Below are positions 58,260-64,000 of a stretch of DNA of 64,000 bases, in pieces. Every line of letters starts with the position of its first letter. Within the stretch, counting starts at the first letter, position 1. Under the pieces are notes generated by a model that was not told the origin of the DNA, did no database searches, and worked only from the letters and a program-made list of their open reading frames with translations. The position numbers and the translations under genes are program-made. The stretch lies in the sequence record OR513085.1; one strand, written 5' to 3'.

Positions 58260-58813
58260 AAAACCGGACACTAAATGCCTTTGTTAATAAATCTGCAAGG
58301 CGTCAAGATCATGAATACATTACATCTGATTGTCTTTATTTAGGCAACATGACATCATCTACAATTGATTTATGGTTAGGCTATGACTACAAAGACCCAT
58401 CAGGTTTAGTAGGATTTGCTACACTAAATTCAGATGATGAAACTTTTCAAGTACGTATAGATCATGACGATTCTGAGTATGGTACATTAGCCGACGAATA
58501 CGAATACATTGTACTTGAGGAAATTCGTAAACGTGCAGTAGCATTAAATTTAATTAGCGAAGAATACCTTAAGCTTAATGTTAAGATACATGCAACTAAA
58601 GCTGTATGGTTAAAACAAAATAGTTGGGTTAGAATTGGCGACTATTGGATATTGCAAAAACCTAACAAGGCAATTAGCCAACCGCCCCAATATGGAACTG
58701 ATCAGGCATACTACGTTGCCGTGCTATCAAGGATTAAGCTTGATGACGAAAGACGCTTAACTTTAAGAAAACAAATTGAAGAGCAGCAAGCACTAGCAAA
58801 CGAACAAAAATAA
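58238..58813 (+). CDS. Hypothetical protein
   Basis: 191-aa ORF. Confidence 0.65.
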   Translation: MENQIQLKNRTLNAFVNKSARRQDHEYITSDCLYLGNMTSSTIDLWLGYDYKDPSGLVGFATLNSDDETFQVRIDHDDSEYGTLADEYEYIVLEEIRKRAVALNLISEEYLKLNVKIHATKAVWLKQNSWVRIGDYWILQKPNKAISQPPQYGTDQAYYVAVLSRIKLDDERRLTLRKQIEEQQALANEQK

Positions 58814-58838
58814 ACAACACTACAATTATATAACAAGC

Positions 58839-59339
58839 ATGACAAAACAACAATTAGAAAAGCTAGAAGACAATGTTATCAAATGGGCTGACGCGCGTAA
58901 TATGTTTGACAAAGACAACGGCGGAACTATAACAACTCAATTATTCAAACTTGTTGAAGAACAAGGTGAAGCATTCTCAGCCAAACTTAAAAACAAAACA
59001 GACTTATTAAAGGATGGTACAGGTGACCAAAAAGTATGTCTAATAAACATGAAAAAATTGTTTGAGGAATTTGGCCTGGGCCAGGTTGACCGACTTGAAC
59101 TTTGGGAAAAGTTAAGACTACTTCAATTAGCTACAATAGGTAAGATTGCCGAAAGTATTTTGACTGACGATGTCATTGGCGTAAGTGAATGTATCGACTC
59201 ACTTGACGATATTCTTAAAGACTTGGCTGAGGCTGATGGCCTAGACTTCCTTGAATGTCTTGGTATAGCTTATGACGAGATTAAAGATCGTAAAGGTAAG
59301 ATGGTCAACCGAACTTTCGTCAAGGAATCCGACCTTTAA
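58839..59339 (+). CDS. mazG: MazG-like nucleotide pyrophosphohydrolase
   Basis: WADARN..QLFKLVEEQGE..KDGTGD..ECLGIAYDEIKDRKGKMVNRTFVKESDL. Confidence 0.85.
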   Translation: MTKQQLEKLEDNVIKWADARNMFDKDNGGTITTQLFKLVEEQGEAFSAKLKNKTDLLKDGTGDQKVCLINMKKLFEEFGLGQVDRLELWEKLRLLQLATIGKIAESILTDDVIGVSECIDSLDDILKDLAEADGLDFLECLGIAYDEIKDRKGKMVNRTFVKESDL

Positions 59340-59397
59340 CTGCCTTATTTAAAATGAATATAAATTGCAACTATTTTTGAAAATAGTTGCAATTTTG

Positions 59398-59429
59398 TTT
59401 TCAAATGTCGTTTATTTTGATTAATTTTA
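59398..59429 (+). promoter_or_regulatory. Early host-type promoter preceded by a perfect 16-bp inverted repeat (59362-59395)
   Basis: TTTTC-19nt-TAATTTTA. Confidence 0.6.
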
Positions 59430-59478
59430 TACTATCAAAATAAAACAATAATTTTTAACAACTTAAAACTTTAAAACA

Positions 59479-59889
59479 ATGGCAAAATTAAGATTTATCG
59501 CAACTGGAAGAGATCCTTTAACTAGACTAGGTGGATATCCTAACGTGGAAGCAGCCAAAAATCTTTGTAAATCGGCAAAGATCACTAATGAAGGTTCAGC
59601 AACTTACGGTCATAAAGAATTGGCAGATGGCAAAAAGTCATATTTTTATGACCATACTACTAATGTATACTTATTAACTAACGAAGGCGTAGCAATTGAG
59701 TTCTCAACGTTACAAACAACTTACGTTAATACTTCACAAAAATTACCTTTAGGGCCAAGAACTTCCCTTAAAGAGGCTACTTTAAAAATTGATGGAGTTC
59801 CAGTAGAGGCTTTACCTCATGAATTATTTTTGAACAACTGGGAAAGTATATCAAACTTAGTTGAGAACCTTGTAAACTTAACAAAATAA
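59479..59889 (+). CDS. Hypothetical protein
   Basis: 136-aa ORF. Confidence 0.65.
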   Translation: MAKLRFIATGRDPLTRLGGYPNVEAAKNLCKSAKITNEGSATYGHKELADGKKSYFYDHTTNVYLLTNEGVAIEFSTLQTTYVNTSQKLPLGPRTSLKEATLKIDGVPVEALPHELFLNNWESISNLVENLVNLTK

Positions 59890-59902
59890 CAAATACTAAA
59901 AC

Positions 59903-59933
59903 AAAGCCAGGACGTTATGACGTCCTGGCTTTT
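59903..59933 (+). terminator. Intrinsic terminator
   Basis: AAAGCCAGGACGT / ACGTCCTGGCTTTT. Confidence 0.75.
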
Positions 59934-59946
59934 AAATGCAAAATAT

Positions 59947-60402
59947 ATGGAAGCTACAAACAACATAACGTTCAACTATAATTACGTTAACACATTACTT
60001 ACGCCATACTACGATAAGCCTGGCAAACTAACAATGCCAGCATCCGATACTACAGGACTACAGCTTGGAGTAAACCAAGGAGGCCATACAAAATTCTTTG
60101 TACATGACGACAAAATTTCGTTCATTCATAACGGAACAAATTATACTGCAGTCCAGGATTTTGAGTATATGCTAAACAAAACTACACAAAATTTGTTGAA
60201 AATATCTTGTCTAGACTATAACAAACTGGACCCTGAACAATTCAAAGGTATACATAGCGGCTACGATGCTTTACGTAATGGATTACTTGAATATTTTAGC
60301 ATACAACTATGTGCCATTTACTTTGACGACATTAAGTCAATTGAGGTTAGTCAAGAAGGCTTCGTAGTCAATGGCGTAACTTTTAAACTTAGTGTAAAAT
60401 AG
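59947..60402 (+). CDS. Hypothetical protein
   Basis: Start moved past the terminator hairpin. Confidence 0.6.
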   Translation: MEATNNITFNYNYVNTLLTPYYDKPGKLTMPASDTTGLQLGVNQGGHTKFFVHDDKISFIHNGTNYTAVQDFEYMLNKTTQNLLKISCLDYNKLDPEQFKGIHSGYDALRNGLLEYFSIQLCAIYFDDIKSIEVSQEGFVVNGVTFKLSVK

Positions 60403-60413
60403 TTGCCAAAATA

Positions 60414-60445
60414 TTTTCATATGTCGTTTATTTTGATTAATTTTA
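60414..60445 (+). promoter_or_regulatory. Early host-type promoter
   Basis: TTTTCATATGTCG, 19 nt, TAATTTTA. Confidence 0.65.
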
Positions 60446-60466
60446 CTATAACAAAATAACAATAAA

Positions 60467-60715
60467 ATGATTAACGAAGAACTTACCACAGATCACTTTA
60501 AAGGACTTCCAAAATTTGGAACTTGTAAAGTAGGAATGCGAATTGAATGTTTAGATGCATTTGGCGACCCAATCAAGGAAATTTCAGGAGTTATTCTTGA
60601 ACTTTCAGAAGACAAAAAAGAAGCTTTGATTCAGTCAAGCTATGGCTTTGGAAAGCTACGCACATCAAAAATGCTATACAATAGAATCAAACAAATTAAC
60701 CAACAAGAATATTAG
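60467..60715 (+). CDS. Hypothetical protein (SH3/KOW-like)
   Basis: CKVGMRIEC..SGVILEL pattern. Confidence 0.55.
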   Translation: MINEELTTDHFKGLPKFGTCKVGMRIECLDAFGDPIKEISGVILELSEDKKEALIQSSYGFGKLRTSKMLYNRIKQINQQEY

Positions 60716-60719
60716 AATT

Positions 60720-61838
60720 ATGTTTATCTACCCATTACACGAAGACCCAAAGCAGTCAGTAAAATATTTAACTGACTTCCACATAAAGAAACACGTTAAG
60801 TCAGTAACTAAGCTTTTGCTAGCACACTTAGTAAACAACGAAGCTGAAATTTACGATGAGGTTCCTAAACATTTGAAGCTTTTCAAATTTGAAAATGATA
60901 TCAACAAAACTGAAGAGTGGCTAAACGAAAGCATGGCTAACGTACATTGGTTGCTAATCTACGGAACTACAATGTTCGACGAGTATAAATTAAGATTTGG
61001 TAAGGACTACAAGTACTTGAAAACATGGTCCGAATTAATGTCATTAGTTTACGGTGCTGCCATGAGACATTACAAAGACTTGATTTATGAAGATCATACG
61101 CCATTCCCATTAACAATTCCGGATATGTATGTTGTTTATGAAGAACCAGTAGATTGCTACAGATACTTCTATGTACATGCCAGACTTTCAGGTGACAGAA
61201 ATGTTAAGTGGACAAAAGGTACTCCGCCAGACTTCCTAGATCAAACAAAATACACACAGGAAATTGACTCTTTTGAAGGTGGCACTAAACTAGCCAAGAT
61301 GGTTGCGAAATACAAAGATTCTGCAGTAGCTGCCGAGGAAAAGGATATGATTCTAGGCTTTATTCAAAAAGAGGCTGACAAACTAAGAATGCCAGTAGAA
61401 CGACTTATCTACGACAAATTTGAAAAACGTAAATGGCATTTTTTCAGATGGCATACTCAATTAGATAGCCAGTTACTTACTAAAATTGTACTTCATTTGT
61501 TTGGCGATATTCCTCAGTATTATGGCTCACATTCCAAAAAAGTTAAGGAATGGAAGTTTAAACTTACAGACATTGAGGCTATAAAACTTCGTGAACATTA
61601 TGACTTCCATAGAGCTAAGCTTTGGCAAGAGTTCAAAAAGGTTGAGGATTCTATGGCTACTGCATATGCTGCTGCACAAGGCTTGGACATTAACGAAAAC
61701 GTAGACATTGACTATGCCAATGACGATGACGACTACAAATCAAAGGATATGTCATTCTACGATCATGCTACTGCAGCCGGATTAACTATGGGTATGGAAA
61801 AACATACGTACACAAAAACGCTAGGTAATAAGAAGTAA
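60720..61838 (+). CDS. Pyrimidine-dimer DNA glycosylase (DenV-related)-like domain fused to a helical C-terminal domain
   Basis: MFIYPLHEDP..TDFHIKK..LLLAH; EYKLRFGK; PFPLTIPD; VDCYRYFY; WTKGTPPDF. Confidence 0.6.
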   Translation: MFIYPLHEDPKQSVKYLTDFHIKKHVKSVTKLLLAHLVNNEAEIYDEVPKHLKLFKFENDINKTEEWLNESMANVHWLLIYGTTMFDEYKLRFGKDYKYLKTWSELMSLVYGAAMRHYKDLIYEDHTPFPLTIPDMYVVYEEPVDCYRYFYVHARLSGDRNVKWTKGTPPDFLDQTKYTQEIDSFEGGTKLAKMVAKYKDSAVAAEEKDMILGFIQKEADKLRMPVERLIYDKFEKRKWHFFRWHTQLDSQLLTKIVLHLFGDIPQYYGSHSKKVKEWKFKLTDIEAIKLREHYDFHRAKLWQEFKKVEDSMATAYAAAQGLDINENVDIDYANDDDDYKSKDMSFYDHATAAGLTMGMEKHTYTKTLGNKK

Positions 61839-61861
61839 TAAATAAACAAATTACAACAACA

Positions 61862-62161
61862 ATGAAAACATTTTTCACATTCGTTAATGAATCCGTAACA
61901 AACTATCCTAAGGTATCATCTACTGCAGATTTAGTTGCGGCTTTACCTGGATTAGTTGCAGAAAAATCAAAAGTTCAAGAAGGCAAACTATATAACACAC
62001 TATTAGCAAAAAACGATGGTAGCGTAGTCATAGAATTGCAAACTTCTAATGCTGCAATAAAGGATGCTACTACAGAAGTTCTTGAATTTTACAAAAAAGT
62101 AAAATCATTTAAGACTTATGAGTACGATAGTAACATGGGCATATTTTCTGTAAAATTCTAA
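61862..62161 (+). CDS. Small protein with capsid-targeting-like leader MKTFFTFVNE|S
   Basis: 99-aa ORF. Confidence 0.6.
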   Translation: MKTFFTFVNESVTNYPKVSSTADLVAALPGLVAEKSKVQEGKLYNTLLAKNDGSVVIELQTSNAAIKDATTEVLEFYKKVKSFKTYEYDSNMGIFSVKF

Positions 62162-62185
62162 ACAATATAAAAATCTAACAATAAA

Positions 62186-62563
62186 ATGACATTTACCGAA
62201 ATTTTCAGCGAAGAGATTATTGCGGAATTCAGAGCAGAATTGGCTAAAATTAAAAAATCACAAAGTGTTAATATGTTCACTGATTCTGTTATTGATGCAT
62301 ACGAGGACATCTTGGAATGTATTGAAAATGGTTCAATAAATGATATTGACGAATTGGAGGACTATATCGACATCCATTACGGAAGCACTGAGGAGGACGA
62401 CAATGAATACTTTATAATTTGCTCACTTACGCAATATGCTGACGGCGATTTTGGCGATGTTCACCAAATTTTCAGACAAGCTACATTATCCAAAAAGAAA
62501 ATTAACCTTGAGGAGTTGTTAGCCGAAGAAGGTGATGCATTTGCATATGACGACGAATTCTAG
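62186..62563 (+). CDS. Highly acidic small protein
   Basis: About 33 D/E versus 8 K/R in 125 aa (hand count). Confidence 0.65.
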   Translation: MTFTEIFSEEIIAEFRAELAKIKKSQSVNMFTDSVIDAYEDILECIENGSINDIDELEDYIDIHYGSTEEDDNEYFIICSLTQYADGDFGDVHQIFRQATLSKKKINLEELLAEEGDAFAYDDEF

Positions 62564-62587
62564 GTAGCACAAATAAAATACCGACAC

Positions 62588-62842
62588 ATGGCAGAGTTAA
62601 ACACAGACAACACAATAATACTTTATGACATTTATGATTATAACGTAGTACCAATCGAGGTTATCATGCAGATAAACGAAAATTATACTGCATGCATAAA
62701 CAGAGCCTCAGATACGCCTATCAAAATTTATAACAAACGTTTACTTGAGCTTTATACTAACAAACGTAGCGCATACGAGGCTTTGCGTGAGCTTTTGGTA
62801 GCAAAGCTACAAGAAACTTTAGGAAACATAAACGAACTTTAA
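62588..62842 (+). CDS. Hypothetical protein
   Basis: 84-aa ORF. Confidence 0.6.
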   Translation: MAELNTDNTIILYDIYDYNVVPIEVIMQINENYTACINRASDTPIKIYNKRLLELYTNKRSAYEALRELLVAKLQETLGNINEL

Positions 62843-62850
62843 AACAAACA

Positions 62851-63135
62851 ATGAAGATTTTAAAATTTTACGCTGACTGGTGCGGACCATGTAAAGCGTT
62901 AAGCAATGCACTAGCAGGAATTGAAGGAGACTTAGCCGAAAGAAACGTAAAGCTAGAAAACATAAACGCCGATGAAAAGGATGATCTTGCAGCAGACTTC
63001 GGCATACGAGGATTACCTACAACTTTAATTGTTGCCGAAGATGGTGAAACTGTACTTTTCAGAAAGCCTGGAATGTACAGCAAAGAGGACCTCTTGGCAA
63101 TTGTAGATGAACTGCAAAAAACTAAACAATCTTAA
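62851..63135 (+). CDS. trxA: Thioredoxin
   Basis: KFYADWCGPCK; FGIRGLPT. Confidence 0.93.
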   Translation: MKILKFYADWCGPCKALSNALAGIEGDLAERNVKLENINADEKDDLAADFGIRGLPTTLIVAEDGETVLFRKPGMYSKEDLLAIVDELQKTKQS

Positions 63136-63147
63136 ACAACATACATT

Positions 63148-63213
63148 ATGAAAAGACGAGACATTATTGTAATTGGCGACTATCACGGATTTGCTGAATA
63201 CGACGGCGTATAA
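63148..63213 (+). pseudogene. 21-aa remnant of a metallophosphoesterase N-terminus
   Basis: MKRRDIIVIGDYHGF (motif I, D-x-H-G) then an early stop. Confidence 0.45.
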
Positions 63214-63233
63214 AAACTTTTAATGAAAATAAG

Positions 63234-63275
63234 TTCCCAAACGTGAAAACATTTGGGAAATTTTGTTTAAATTTG
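63234..63275 (+). promoter_or_regulatory. Early-type promoter with its -33 core inverted between 8-bp inverted repeats
   Basis: TTCCCAAA-CGTGAAAACA-TTTGGGAA, 8 nt, TAAATTTG; late box CATAAATA 63289-96. Confidence 0.6.
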
Positions 63276-63310
63276 TATATAAACTAAACATAAATAAACC
63301 AAACAACAAC

Positions 63311-63910
63311 ATGAAAAACTTCTTTCAGTTTATAAATGAATCCATAAAATCGGATAATGTAGACTATTCAAAAAATGTAAAGCTTACTAATGCGGCGTTA
63401 CAAGATAAAAATGTACTTAAATTCGTTGCTAACGTAATATCTTTGTACAAACTTGATTGTAGCGTAGAGGAATTTATTAAGCAATCAGTATTCAGTATTT
63501 CAGATGCTAAACGACAATTCAAAGTAAAAGCTAAATCAAAAGCCGGCAAAGCTATTGAAGTTACTATGATTGATTCTACGCAATACGAATACACTTCTGC
63601 TAGTCCAAGCGTGCCATTTGGAGAATACGACACTGCTAAGCATACTAAAGGCAAACTAGTAAATGTTACTTCATCAAATTATGCTAATGAAGTTAATGAT
63701 GGCGACACTGTACTTTGCGGAACTACTATAGCACCACAAAGCCAAGTTACTTTAGCTACTAGACTTGAACCAGATTTACGTACAGTAGTTGACAAATATG
63801 CCGATAGTAAAGAAAAATCTGTACGTATAACTAAAAACAAATATCGTAATGAACCAGGCCGAGATGATGAGGTTATGGACATTAGCATTATTACTGCAGT
63901 AGTAAAATAA
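63311..63910 (+). CDS. Putative internal head protein with leader MKNFFQFINE|S
   Basis: ATG 63311; leader nearly identical to that of 8358. Confidence 0.6.
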   Translation: MKNFFQFINESIKSDNVDYSKNVKLTNAALQDKNVLKFVANVISLYKLDCSVEEFIKQSVFSISDAKRQFKVKAKSKAGKAIEVTMIDSTQYEYTSASPSVPFGEYDTAKHTKGKLVNVTSSNYANEVNDGDTVLCGTTIAPQSQVTLATRLEPDLRTVVDKYADSKEKSVRITKNKYRNEPGRDDEVMDISIITAVVK

Positions 63911-63930
63911 AACAATTTTTTAAAAATAGT

Positions 63931-63972
63931 TTCCCAAATGTTTTCACGTTTGGGAATTTTTGTTTATATTTG
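63931..63972 (+). promoter_or_regulatory. Early host-type promoter
   Basis: TTCCCAAA-TGTTTTCACG-TTTGGGAA, 8 nt, TATATTTG. Confidence 0.7.
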
Positions 63973-64000
63973 TATTATAAAATTAATCAAATTAATTGGT

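Noticed and set aside
209-63915. The many minus-strand and nested ORFs in the six-frame track (e.g. 13594..13863, 38091..38603, 53054..53626)
   Set aside because: They are shadows of longer + strand genes, with no promoter or terminator context; only 26928..27155 occupies its own gap
1-64000. tRNA/rRNA genes, reverse transcriptase (DGR or retron), integrase
   Set aside because: No cloverleaf with T-loop, rRNA signature or RT/recombinase motif was recognised by eye; a tRNAscan run would be needed to be sure
1-64000. Stop-codon recoding as in some Bacteroidota phages
   Set aside because: Conserved genes are full length under the standard code and several end properly in TAG or TGA

Overview
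AT-rich, almost entirely + strand fragment of a large T4-like myovirus (probable jumbo phage). The host is most likely Bacteroidota: starts lack Shine-Dalgarno motifs, leaders are A-rich, and about 12 promoters carry the Bacteroidota -7 box TAnnTTT(G/A). Contents in order: C-terminus of a family B DNA polymerase; gp55-like late sigma factor; baseplate/head-completion cluster (gp53-like, hub with CHAP-like and lysozyme domains, gp4, gp2); head module (portal, 1207-aa prohead protease, major capsid); Hef-like homing endonuclease; early hypothetical cassettes; DHFR, arabinose-5-P isomerase and an NTP-transferase/kinase; a late cluster of probable head-cargo proteins; tail fibres; a lysis cassette containing a PAS-domain membrane protein; further early accessory genes. 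The main candidate for an undescribed system is a protease-released capsid cargo. The motif hydrophobic-x-N-E|S/A matches the capsid processing position and recurs about 20 times in the protease, about 18 times in a 1044-aa protein, and at the N-terminus of several small proteins. It ends a ferritin-like domain embedded in the protease and lies directly before the catalytic Cys of an Ntn-hydrolase. All homology calls are motif recognition by eye; no searches were run.
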